From the IMG/VR virus record IMGVR_UViG_3300030102_004953: a stretch of 64,000 nt of DNA, one strand, 5' to 3'. Positions within the stretch are counted from its first letter, which is position 1; each line of letters opens with the position of its first letter. The translations under genes were made by a program, and so were the position numbers. Below are positions 38,670-47,902 of this stretch, piece by piece. This DNA comes from an uncultured virus (IMG/VR IMGVR_UViG_3300030102_004953) (lineage: Duplodnaviria; Heunggongvirae; Uroviricota; Caudoviricetes). The notes beneath the pieces were generated by a model that made no database searches, was not told the origin of the DNA, and was given only the letters and a program-made list of their open reading frames with translations.

Positions 38670-38840
38670 TTACTGCTCTCCATATAAATCTTTTTTAATA
38701 TCATTAATTTTTTTATCACGATAACGTTTGACAGCACGCCGTTTAATTTTATCTTTATTTCTTTCGTAGTATTCCATATTCCAACGACGTTGAGCTTCTT
38801 TCCTTTCTTCTTCAGTTATATATATTTTTTTTCTACCCAT
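38670..38840 (-). CDS. 56-aa basic protein (MGRKKIYITEEERKEAQRRW...), not in the ORF track
   Basis: translated by hand; fills the gap, stop abuts the helicase start. Confidence 0.7.
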   Translation of the reverse strand: MGRKKIYITEEERKEAQRRWNMEYYERNKDKIKRRAVKRYRDKKINDIKKDLYGEQ

Positions 38841-38849
38841 AATACAATT

Positions 38850-39851
38850 TTATTTTTTCATATAGTTATCCAGTCTGAGAAAGTGTTGATTTAGCCAAGT
38901 ATCAATATTAGGTAGGTTCATAAACAACCTATCTTCAAAGAATAATTTCTCAAATTTAAACTTTTGTAATCTTGGTTTAACATTATCTATCAAGTCAAGT
39001 ATTTTAATTTTTGTATTACCTGATATATCAACATCACTCAGCTGCATTAGCCTATAATTTAAATCAATTAAATCAGTATGTTCAGTTAGTTTTGATTTTA
39101 ACTTATCTAAGGTGAAGTCCTCTGAATCACATAATTCAGGAAACTTTTTTATTGCAGTTTTCAACCCAAATCTCGGAACACCTTTTATATTATCAGACTT
39201 ATCACCATCTAATATTTTGTAGTAGATAAAATTAGTTGGATGAACCTTGTATTCATCATTAACTAAATCTACATCGTATAGTTTTTTTCTTACAGGACTC
39301 CAAACTTTAATATCTTCCGATACTAATTGTAGGAAGTCCTTATCAGTAGACATAATTATAGATTTTTTAAATCTATTTTTTGCTAAGTACGCTATAACGT
39401 CATCAGCTTCTATATTATCTACTGCCATAACATTTACAGGTAAAACCTCAAGATAGTTCAACAATCTTTTCAACTGAATTATCATATTGGTTTTTTCATC
39501 ATCAGATTCAAGACCATCTTGTCTATTCAATCGAACTGCACCAGTTCTTTTTTCTTTATATTCAGGAAATATTTTCCGGCGACGAGTAGAACCACCTTTA
39601 CCATCAAACACTATTACAACCCTTGTTGGTGATAACATATTAATAGCGTAACCTACACTCCTAAGAAAACCTACCAACCCACCAACGTGTATACCGTTAT
39701 CATTCATTGTTGGCAAAACACTAAACACTCTAATAAAAGTGTTTAAACCATCAACTATTAATACTTTATCATCTACATCGCCGCCGTGAATATCCTGTTT
39801 AGACTTGTCTTTTATCTGATTGAGAATGGATATATAGTTGTCATTAGACAT
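38850..39851 (-). CDS. 5'-3' exonuclease / flap endonuclease (T4 RNase H-like)
   Basis: LIVDGLN, VFDG, EADD, STDKD, GDKSDNIKGV. Confidence 0.93.
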   Translation of the reverse strand: MSNDNYISILNQIKDKSKQDIHGGDVDDKVLIVDGLNTFIRVFSVLPTMNDNGIHVGGLVGFLRSVGYAINMLSPTRVVIVFDGKGGSTRRRKIFPEYKEKRTGAVRLNRQDGLESDDEKTNMIIQLKRLLNYLEVLPVNVMAVDNIEADDVIAYLAKNRFKKSIIMSTDKDFLQLVSEDIKVWSPVRKKLYDVDLVNDEYKVHPTNFIYYKILDGDKSDNIKGVPRFGLKTAIKKFPELCDSEDFTLDKLKSKLTEHTDLIDLNYRLMQLSDVDISGNTKIKILDLIDNVKPRLQKFKFEKLFFEDRLFMNLPNIDTWLNQHFLRLDNYMKK

Positions 39852-40954
39852 TAATCATCCATTACATCTTCAGTTTCAGTAACATCATCTATACCTAGTT
39901 CACTCATATCATATTTGAGAACTAGCTTTTCACAAATCATATTGTAACAATGTTCCTTAAACTCTTCATCTTCCAATTTCTCATTCCAATCTTTAGATTG
40001 AAACTTGAGTTCTTTACCTTTATGATCGTTCATAGTATACCAAGCACCACCTTGCTTCACAAGTTTATGGTCTTTCAATATCTTTAACCAACTACCTGTA
40101 TCATCTATACCACTTTCAAAGTATAATGGAAACTCGGCTTGTCTTAGTGGAGGACCTAATCTATTTTTGATAACTTGAGCAAGTATAGTCATTCCAATTA
40201 CATTACCTTTACTATCTTTAATCTGTCCTTTATTCTTTAACCTAACACGAGTTGAAGCGTGAAAAGGTAAAGCTTTACCACCACTTGTAGTCCACGGGTC
40301 ACCAAACATAACACCAAGTTTTTGCCTGAGTTGATTCGTGAATACAAGAGCAACTTTTTGCCTACCAATCATTTGGGTAATTTTTCTCATTGCTTTAGAT
40401 ATGATAATTGCTTTTGATGTAGCCCAACCGTCTTTATCATAATCAGCTTCCATCTCAACTTTAGTTGATGCAGCAGCTAATGAATCTACAAGAATAGTTA
40501 CTAACCTATCTTTATCTGATTCACGTACTTTAGCTACTATATGTTCTATAGCTGAGAATATATCCTCAACAGTTTCTAAGTGAACATACAACATACTATT
40601 GATATCTACACCTATAACCTTTAGAAAATCTTGGCTTACTGCAGTTTCAGTATCTATGTAAACTGCTACACCACCTTTCTTCTGAGTTTCAGCTAACATA
40701 TGTGCACCAAGTAGAGATTTACCACTTGATTCTAATCCATTTAATTCTGTAATCCTACCGACAGCGATACCACCATTCGGGCGATTAGATATTGCTAAAT
40801 CTAACATTGTAGAACCAGTTGATATGAATTCTTTTATATCAGTTGGTGTGGTTACACCATTATCTAAAAAGAAAGCTACATTATCTTTACTACCTTTAAA
40901 TGATTGATTTAGATTTTCGGCTAAAATGCCTGCGAGTTCATCTCGTGTACTCAT
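39851..40954 (-). CDS. RecA/UvsX recombinase
   Basis: GRITELNGLESSGKS, VDSLAA, TNQLR, TTSGGKAL. Confidence 0.95.
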   Translation of the reverse strand: MSTRDELAGILAENLNQSFKGSKDNVAFFLDNGVTTPTDIKEFISTGSTMLDLAISNRPNGGIAVGRITELNGLESSGKSLLGAHMLAETQKKGGVAVYIDTETAVSQDFLKVIGVDINSMLYVHLETVEDIFSAIEHIVAKVRESDKDRLVTILVDSLAAASTKVEMEADYDKDGWATSKAIIISKAMRKITQMIGRQKVALVFTNQLRQKLGVMFGDPWTTSGGKALPFHASTRVRLKNKGQIKDSKGNVIGMTILAQVIKNRLGPPLRQAEFPLYFESGIDDTGSWLKILKDHKLVKQGGAWYTMNDHKGKELKFQSKDWNEKLEDEEFKEHCYNMICEKLVLKYDMSELGIDDVTETEDVMDD

Positions 40955-40967
40955 TTACTTCTCCTAT

Positions 40968-40997
40968 AAAAGTTATGGGGCAGCTGATGCTGCCCCA
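40968..40997 (-). terminator. hairpin/terminator after the SSB gene
   Basis: TGGGGCAGC/GCTGCCCCA stem with an imperfect T tail. Confidence 0.7.
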
Positions 40998-41007
40998 ATT
41001 AACTAAC

Positions 41008-41775
41008 TTAACTATTGAATAAATCGTCAAATGAATCTGTTACAGATTGAACTGAATCAGATTTACCTACTGGAGCATTTGTAGTTTTTTCTTCGGTAGG
41101 TTCATCTGCATCGTCATCATTTTCTGAATTACCATTCACCCAATTTTCAAGGGCTAATGTTAGTTCCTCATAACTCTGCTCTTTATAAATCTCTCGGATA
41201 TCTTTTTGATTCTCCATAAGATTTTCCATTAAAGAAGCATCTTCCGTGATCGGTGTTTGATTAGGTTTAACCCTAATACTTGTTTTAGGATACTGAGCAC
41301 CCAATTCTTCTGCTGTTTTGAACTCGACAACAATATCACGACCATTCATTGAGTCGGTGATATCAAAGTAATCAGGATCGGTATTAATAGATAACAGTTC
41401 TTGATAAACTGTTTTACCAAATCCCCAAAACTTAACACCCTCTGATTCTTGTCCTCTAACCACGATTGGTGCGAAAGTTCTCATCTTAGCTTCTAACTTT
41501 CTACCCATAGCGTAATCATCACGATTGCCGTTAGCTTTCAATTTCTTTGAAAACTCTTCGATTGGGTCAGGACGTCCAAATGAAATTGGTGAAAGATAAT
41601 TTTTCTTACCAATTTGATAATGAAAGTACAATTCAATAAAAGGATTTTCCTTATTGAATTTGTAAGGTACTATTCTAATTTGGGTTTTACCAGCTGATGG
41701 TTTCCACAGATTACTTACACGAGTATTTGATTCTTGAAGTTGGGATAACCTTGCTTTTATTGCGTTAATATCCAT
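41008..41775 (-). CDS. single-stranded DNA-binding protein (gp32-like)
   Basis: IRIVP, ITDSMNGRD, acidic tail ending FDDLFNS; next to the recombinase. Confidence 0.85.
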   Translation of the reverse strand: MDINAIKARLSQLQESNTRVSNLWKPSAGKTQIRIVPYKFNKENPFIELYFHYQIGKKNYLSPISFGRPDPIEEFSKKLKANGNRDDYAMGRKLEAKMRTFAPIVVRGQESEGVKFWGFGKTVYQELLSINTDPDYFDITDSMNGRDIVVEFKTAEELGAQYPKTSIRVKPNQTPITEDASLMENLMENQKDIREIYKEQSYEELTLALENWVNGNSENDDDADEPTEEKTTNAPVGKSDSVQSVTDSFDDLFNS

Positions 41776-41876
41776 TCGATATTCTCCTATTGTTTACTGT
41801 TTATTTGTTAATTCGTATTCGAGACATTCTCGTCTCAAACATAAATATAACCTTATGTTTAAAAAACGTATTTTTT

Positions 41877-44015
41877 TTATTTCGTTAAAAACATTTTGTT
41901 CATAGTTTTAGCCACTTCCATTACATTCGTAACGTTAATGAAACTAGCATCTTTACCATACATAGTTTTGAAATCTTGAACATATCTATCTCTATCATAC
42001 GTATCACCGATGAAGTAAGATAAAACATTAACTCCCATACCACGTATCTTGTTTACCATTTTTTTAGTATGATTCAAAGCATCACCGTAATAGTAGTCAA
42101 CACCACCACCACTAAACATTGGCATTCCATCTGAGAAATTCAAGAAGTAAGAATCTCTATCATTAGAAGTAGGAATGATATCTTTTAAGATAGCTTCGAA
42201 ACACAAGCCCTCAGGAGTAGTTCCACCAGGTCTTATGAAAGCAAAGTGTCTCTTGATTTTAGACATCTTATCAACTCTTGAATCATAACCTACAGCTATT
42301 AAAGGCATATAATTACTATTCCCTCTAGTTCCTCTAGCAGCCTCGTGTGTAGTTCTAAAAGAAACAACGACATCAACATTTTGAATCATTGAAGCAGCCT
42401 GACAAATAGCGACAACTGAAGTCATCGTCTTATCCCACTTATCTCCACTCATACTACCTGAGGCATCAACTGAGATATGTAAGAAAGCATCCGAGAACTT
42501 TTCCACAAAAGTAGTGTTGAAAACTCTCTGATTTCCAAAACCTAATTCACTAATTAATCTCTTATCAATCTTACCACTATCAAGTCTAGTCCACTTGGTA
42601 TCTCTTGATTCTCCACGAACTTGAAGTTTTCTACCAAGTTTCTTACCAAGAGCGATACCTTCATTGATTGGCACTTTGTTGTGTTCCATAACTCTAAGAT
42701 AGTAATCCCTTAAATCTGTTCTATTTCTATCTCTGAAATTTGTACTCATTAGAGCTGGAAAAACATAATCATCAAACATACCATCAGTAAGTTTATTAAC
42801 ATAAATACACTTTACACCTTTTACAGCAACAGGCTTGTAACTACCACTCACATAATCATACTGCTCTTGAGTAAGACCATCACCAACGTTTTTTAACTCA
42901 ACACCAGCTTCTTCCATACTCTTGACAATACCTTCATCTTTTTTAGATAACTTACCTGTCTTAGGTGATTCACCATTTATAAACTTCTTCTGCTTCTCAA
43001 TAGCATTAGCAAGTTGCTTTTTCTGATTATCAGTAAGTTCTACTACTTCACCACCACTACCACTTTTCATCTCACCATTTTCAATAAGTTTTTTTATTTC
43101 ATCAACTTTTGAATCTGGAACTGAACCACCATTACTCATCTTATCACCATCTGATATTTCAGAAGCAGGCTTTACTTCACCTGTCTTATCATTACTAACT
43201 GCATTAGGTAGTAATTTGTAAATAGTGTAAACAACTTCTTGAGCAACTTCAAGAGCTTCACTCGTAGATTGCATACTCTTGATACCACCCATATCTTTAA
43301 AGATAAGATTGTAAATTTTATCCAACTTAGGAAGAACATCTAACCTACGATTTTTATTAGTAAAGTTTAATATTCTGAATAAGTATGAATCCCAACTGAT
43401 AGAAGTATGTTCATCAGATAGAACAGCTTTGTCAATCACTTTGGAATGAAAATACTTATCATACATAGAAGTGTAGTAACCCTTGTAGCCAGGTGAAGTA
43501 GTAAAGACATAATAGTCAATACGTCTATCCTCAACGTAGTTCAACATATTTTTTACGTGTCCCATCACATCATATCTACTGTATCCCGCCCCTTTACCAA
43601 GTTCATAAACATCGTGTCTAATTTCGAACTCAAGATTTTTAAGTAGAACAAAATCAGAAAGTTTGATATGTGAACCCTCGTGAAGAGCCAAACCAACCGT
43701 TGAGTCAAAGTTTTTGTCATCAAGTTTAGAACCGATAGTAACAACTTTACCATCAGTATAAGAATCATTACTAGTTTGAAATCTTACAGGAATAGAAGAA
43801 TCGCCAGTAACAATACTAACGAAGTTTGAGATAGCTCTACGATACGAAGCCAAAGCAATATGGTCAACACCACGTTTTACTTCTACTTCATCATCGTCAA
43901 AAATACTTGTTTTACGAGAATCTAAATCACCCATCCAAAAGCCAGAGTAATTAGTATTATTAGAAGAATACTTTTCTCGAAGAGCCATTGGATTGAAATG
44001 TTTTAACTTTGACAT
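41877..44015 (-). CDS. HEXXH metallopeptidase-like plus VWA domain protein
   Basis: ALHEGSH, NYVEDRRID, DASGSMS (MIDAS), GTTPE, SDGMP; start at ATG 44015 downstream of a promoter. Confidence 0.8.
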   Translation of the reverse strand: MSKLKHFNPMALREKYSSNNTNYSGFWMGDLDSRKTSIFDDDEVEVKRGVDHIALASYRRAISNFVSIVTGDSSIPVRFQTSNDSYTDGKVVTIGSKLDDKNFDSTVGLALHEGSHIKLSDFVLLKNLEFEIRHDVYELGKGAGYSRYDVMGHVKNMLNYVEDRRIDYYVFTTSPGYKGYYTSMYDKYFHSKVIDKAVLSDEHTSISWDSYLFRILNFTNKNRRLDVLPKLDKIYNLIFKDMGGIKSMQSTSEALEVAQEVVYTIYKLLPNAVSNDKTGEVKPASEISDGDKMSNGGSVPDSKVDEIKKLIENGEMKSGSGGEVVELTDNQKKQLANAIEKQKKFINGESPKTGKLSKKDEGIVKSMEEAGVELKNVGDGLTQEQYDYVSGSYKPVAVKGVKCIYVNKLTDGMFDDYVFPALMSTNFRDRNRTDLRDYYLRVMEHNKVPINEGIALGKKLGRKLQVRGESRDTKWTRLDSGKIDKRLISELGFGNQRVFNTTFVEKFSDAFLHISVDASGSMSGDKWDKTMTSVVAICQAASMIQNVDVVVSFRTTHEAARGTRGNSNYMPLIAVGYDSRVDKMSKIKRHFAFIRPGGTTPEGLCFEAILKDIIPTSNDRDSYFLNFSDGMPMFSGGGVDYYYGDALNHTKKMVNKIRGMGVNVLSYFIGDTYDRDRYVQDFKTMYGKDASFINVTNVMEVAKTMNKMFLTK

Positions 44016-44038
44016 ATAACCTCTATTATTTATATTAG

Positions 44039-44068
44039 ATCTTAATACATTTTGACCATATGAGTCAA
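44039..44068 (-). promoter_or_regulatory. sigma70-type promoter TTGACT-N18-TAAGAT with upstream A tract
   Basis: AAAAAAAGACTTGAC shared with the element at 44344-44373. Confidence 0.7.
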
Positions 44069-44085
44069 GTCTTTTTTTAACTTTT

Positions 44086-44316
44086 TTACCCATATTTTAT
44101 AAATTCTTCTGTCTCTATAAAGTCATCTCCTATATCTTCTATAGCTTGTTCCATAGCAGTTTCTTGTTCTGAGCCAGTAAAAGCCTCTTCTTTAGATTCT
44201 TTTAACATTGACTTCATTACATCCTCAGCCTCAAGACAACCGAAAAGTTCATATCTCTGAAATATGGTCATCTTCTTAACTTCACTATAAGTGTATTTAC
44301 CTACGTTAGAGTTCAT
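44086..44316 (-). CDS. hypothetical acidic protein
   Basis: AAGGA SD, downstream of a promoter. Confidence 0.65.
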   Translation of the reverse strand: MNSNVGKYTYSEVKKMTIFQRYELFGCLEAEDVMKSMLKESKEEAFTGSEQETAMEQAIEDIGDDFIETEEFIKYG

Positions 44317-44343
44317 TTATTATTCCTTTATTTTTCATATGAG

Positions 44344-44373
44344 AATATAAGAATAAAAATGTATATGTGTCAA
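44344..44373 (-). promoter_or_regulatory. sigma70-type promoter TTGACA-N18-TATATT with upstream A tract
   Basis: consensus -35, near-consensus -10. Confidence 0.75.
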
Positions 44374-44381
44374 GTCTTTTT

Positions 44382-44795
44382 TTAAATATTTCCGTGAGTC
44401 TCTGTATCGATTATCTTGTGTAGTTTAGTATTTATACGTTGAACTTTCTCTGTAGAGTCGTAAAGTAGTATACAATTTTTGTAATTATCCCAATCAATAC
44501 TAAAGCTCTTATCCAGTATACCATTGTTGAGTTCTCTAATCAGCATATTTAGAGCGTTAATGGTATATAATGTATTTGATTGCTTTTTTCTATGTAATGA
44601 TATGGTGTTTTTAGCCCCCTGCAAAAAGTCATCTGTTTTTGGTATATTATATGTACACATCAACTGAGATGAATCATCTGTATTTGATAGCACATATATT
44701 TTATTATACATTATTTCGTTGCATTCAACGATTAAATCTATAGTTGGTTGTAGACTATTCGTATCTGTAAAAGTACATAATAGTTGTGTATTCAT
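44382..44795 (-). CDS. hypothetical phage protein
   Basis: TQLLCTF...TISLHRKKQSNTLYTINALN. Confidence 0.75.
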   Translation of the reverse strand: MNTQLLCTFTDTNSLQPTIDLIVECNEIMYNKIYVLSNTDDSSQLMCTYNIPKTDDFLQGAKNTISLHRKKQSNTLYTINALNMLIRELNNGILDKSFSIDWDNYKNCILLYDSTEKVQRINTKLHKIIDTETHGNI

Positions 44796-44799
44796 TGTA

Positions 44800-46641
44800 T
44801 TATTTCACCTTGCATTGTAAGAATCCTATAGTATTTTTTGTTTTATTATTGTAAGTACGTTCTACTTGACGTTCACCTGTAGCGAGTATCTTAGATTTAT
44901 CTCTACCGTTTAAAATTGAGACTTCCTCTCCATTTTCCGTTTCATACTCAAAAAAGGCTACACTATCAGGATTATCACCTTTATAATATTTTCGTTTATC
45001 TTTTGCCATCCTTAATCTACCATCTTCTAAAGCTTTTTTCATTTTATTCACAACCTTTTCAGAATTTTTGTTTGGTGGAATGGGTACAGATACCACCTTA
45101 CCTTTATCTACATAAAGAAATTCTCTCATTTCTTTTGGTGGATTAGTGCCAACAAAGTTCCACAATAAATGGTCAAAAAGCACGTTAGCCCCCTTTTCTC
45201 CTCCAGCTTCTTGTGCAACTTCCATAGTAGCTTCTAACATACTTTCTGCAAAGTTGGTTTTATCTTCTGGCATATTAACCATTTTGTTGTAATACTTTTC
45301 TCTAATCGCTTCAGGTAGTTTTGAAATCATTTTTTCTTTATAGTCTTGTAAAGCTTTTTTACGTTCTTCACTTTCTGGTTCAGTTGAAGCTATCGCATCT
45401 CTTGCTTTTCCAGCGCCTAACTGTCCTAACTGACTATTTGTTCCATCTTTTATTGAAATACCCACTAAAAGCACCTTTTCACCATCAGGAGTTGTACCAT
45501 AAACAAATAAATCTGACCTATTCTCATCTGTATCCAATCCACCTTCACACACTATGCTCAACTTCGTACCCTCTGGTAAATCTCCTTGTTCAATCGCACT
45601 ATCTAATGTAGATTTAGCGGCTGCTCTAATATCAGCTACATCTTCTTTATCTAAAAGAGGTTTTAATAAACCTAAAGCCTTATCAAAATTATTTGGGTCT
45701 TGTAACCAAAGTTTTCCCGTTCCTTTTAATTCTTGTACATTTACTACAGTTCCTTCAGATGTTGTAAATGTTCCCTCATTTATTAATTGAGTTAATGCAT
45801 CACTCATTGACTCCGGAGTTATATCTTCAGTTCCTGCAATAACCATAGATAAAGCTGATATCGCTTCGTATGCTTCTGATTCTCCTTGTGCTTTTCCTAC
45901 TCCTGGATCCTTTTTTACAAATATTTTAGATTTAGTTCCATCTGGAGCTACAACAAAAAACTCTGTTGGTTTTGAAGTTTCTTTTATTTCATAACCTTCC
46001 TTTTTTAATTCTGCCATAACTTCATCTGCTTTTGCTTTTCTAACAGCATTATTACCACTATCGGTTAGAACTCTTAAATGTATTGTGCTTTTAGCTGAAG
46101 TAGCAAAAGAGATAAAATTAAAATTTTTAGTAGCAGCTGCTGTTGATCCTGGTATAACAGGAGAACCTGCTATCTTTTGTATAGAATCTGCCATTTTTTC
46201 TACTGATTCTACTTTATCTTTTAGTATTTTTTCTGAAAGTTCTTTATCTGCGTTTTCAAGATTTTTTAATGAATCTTCTTTAACTTTCTGAAATGTTTTT
46301 AGCCCACTATGTCTATCTTCTAATGTTTCGGATTCTGTAGTTTCTTCTTCATCATCTTCTTTTTCTTTGTACTTTTTGATATCATCTTCGGAAGCATTTT
46401 TCTTAATTAAATCTTGTGTTTTTGGATTATGTTTTTTAACAGGATAAATGTTACCACTTTTTTTATTTTTAATGATATCATCCTCATATAGATTAGAAAT
46501 TAGCTCATCTATTGCATCTCGTGCCCATTCTTCTTCTACCAAAGCCTCTTTCAACATTACAATATCAGCGTGTCTCTTCCAATTAGGCGCACCACCCTTA
46601 CATTTGTAAGCTATTTTATTTACAATACTACTGAAGTTCAT
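44800..46641 (-). CDS. large charged protein with possible C-terminal PD-(D/E)XK-like motif
   Basis: EAYEA...RSDLFV...GISIK. Confidence 0.55.
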   Translation of the reverse strand: MNFSSIVNKIAYKCKGGAPNWKRHADIVMLKEALVEEEWARDAIDELISNLYEDDIIKNKKSGNIYPVKKHNPKTQDLIKKNASEDDIKKYKEKEDDEEETTESETLEDRHSGLKTFQKVKEDSLKNLENADKELSEKILKDKVESVEKMADSIQKIAGSPVIPGSTAAATKNFNFISFATSAKSTIHLRVLTDSGNNAVRKAKADEVMAELKKEGYEIKETSKPTEFFVVAPDGTKSKIFVKKDPGVGKAQGESEAYEAISALSMVIAGTEDITPESMSDALTQLINEGTFTTSEGTVVNVQELKGTGKLWLQDPNNFDKALGLLKPLLDKEDVADIRAAAKSTLDSAIEQGDLPEGTKLSIVCEGGLDTDENRSDLFVYGTTPDGEKVLLVGISIKDGTNSQLGQLGAGKARDAIASTEPESEERKKALQDYKEKMISKLPEAIREKYYNKMVNMPEDKTNFAESMLEATMEVAQEAGGEKGANVLFDHLLWNFVGTNPPKEMREFLYVDKGKVVSVPIPPNKNSEKVVNKMKKALEDGRLRMAKDKRKYYKGDNPDSVAFFEYETENGEEVSILNGRDKSKILATGERQVERTYNNKTKNTIGFLQCKVK

Positions 46642-47902
46642 AACTACTCATTTCTTGATAATTTTTACCTATGGTAGTTTTAGTGGAATAACCGTCAACC
46701 TCAAGTAAGTTTCTTAAATCTAACAAAGTTTTTTCTCCGTCTTGTTTACAAAAATCAAAAAGAAAAGCATCGTAACTATATAAGATTAATTTACTTTTCT
46801 TATCAGCCAAGTACTGTTTGATATCATTAATCAAGCGTATATTTCTTTCAGTCTCTAATGACTGAATCATATAATTAAACAACTTATTAGGGTTCATATC
46901 ATCAAAAGTTGTTCTTTTAAATACTCTTATATAAATATCAGTAGTTACTTCTTTTTGCGTGGTAAATGTATTCCAAAGAGTATCTATATATTCCCTAACC
47001 CTATCAAAGTAATCAATTTGTTTAGAAATTTCTTTAGGTATACCACCATAAAGGTATTTAAAACTTAGTTTCTTGGATTCTTCATAACTAACACCATACT
47101 CTTTAGCCATATGTTCGTGTACTGAACCATTAGGAAAACTATAACCTACTTTATCTGCGATTAATCTTAGATGATAAGCATCAAAATCATACTCAACTAA
47201 CATACCATCATCGAATCTACTTATATATTTCTCTCTACTACCATCGGTTTTGTTCAGAGCTGCATAGTTAACACCACCAAATCTATTAGATGGACGACCT
47301 GTAGATGTAAATGAATTATACTGAGTATACTCTATACCATCTTTTGTGTGTAGTCCACTTTGTTCTATGTAATTTAGGTTTTCTATTATCTCATTACTAT
47401 ATTGTTTACACTCAAACTTTTCTAATATATACTGACAATACTTAAAAGCCACCCTACAATATTCTAAGTGTTTCATCAATGGTATGAAGTTATTTATATT
47501 CTCCACACCATAATAGTTAACCTGATACCATCTATGCGCATCAAATGAGTATAACTCTTCAATACCAAAGTACTTACCACTCACCAAATGTAGGTAGTGA
47601 TTTAAATCAGTATAGTTAGTAATCTTATATCTATGTAACAACTCTTTAGCGCCAAATAGATACACCTTACCGAAATTATCAAACTCATTACTAACTAAAT
47701 CCACTTTATTCGAATCAGAGTTCTTGAGGTTAATTAGATAGTCTTGTTTAAAGTCATTTATATAAATAACAGATATGTCATTTAAGATAGGGTGTTTGTA
47801 TGCATCTTCATATACGAATTGCATAAAGATATCTTTACCCTTTAACTTTTTATATAACCTATCAAGACCTTCTACAGTCTCAATTATTTTTACTTTTTCC
47901 AT
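46628..47902 (-). CDS. divergent, compact family A DNA polymerase-like protein
   Basis: TSTGRPS, YDFDAYHLR (motif A), SKKLSFKYLYG (motif B), NYMIQS, YSYDAF (motif C). Confidence 0.85.
   Translation of the reverse strand: MEKVKIIETVEGLDRLYKKLKGKDIFMQFVYEDAYKHPILNDISVIYINDFKQDYLINLKNSDSNKVDLVSNEFDNFGKVYLFGAKELLHRYKITNYTDLNHYLHLVSGKYFGIEELYSFDAHRWYQVNYYGVENINNFIPLMKHLEYCRVAFKYCQYILEKFECKQYSNEIIENLNYIEQSGLHTKDGIEYTQYNSFTSTGRPSNRFGGVNYAALNKTDGSREKYISRFDDGMLVEYDFDAYHLRLIADKVGYSFPNGSVHEHMAKEYGVSYEESKKLSFKYLYGGIPKEISKQIDYFDRVREYIDTLWNTFTTQKEVTTDIYIRVFKRTTFDDMNPNKLFNYMIQSLETERNIRLINDIKQYLADKKSKLILYSYDAFLFDFCKQDGEKTLLDLRNLLEVDGYSTKTTIGKNYQEMSSYELQ

Noticed and set aside
29259..40954. Inteins or introns in polymerase, RNR, helicase or recombinase
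   Set aside because: Lengths and motif spacing are normal; no splicing or homing-endonuclease motifs seen
32562..43768. Nested minus-strand ORFs at 32562, 33600, 35687 and 43565
   Set aside because: Alternative frames inside long genes with no start signals; expected from codon bias
44016..44093. Longest-ORF start for the VWA gene, and similar extensions at 502, 13116, 35154 and 62042
   Set aside because: The extensions overlap promoters or upstream genes; downstream ATGs fit SD position or family N-termini better
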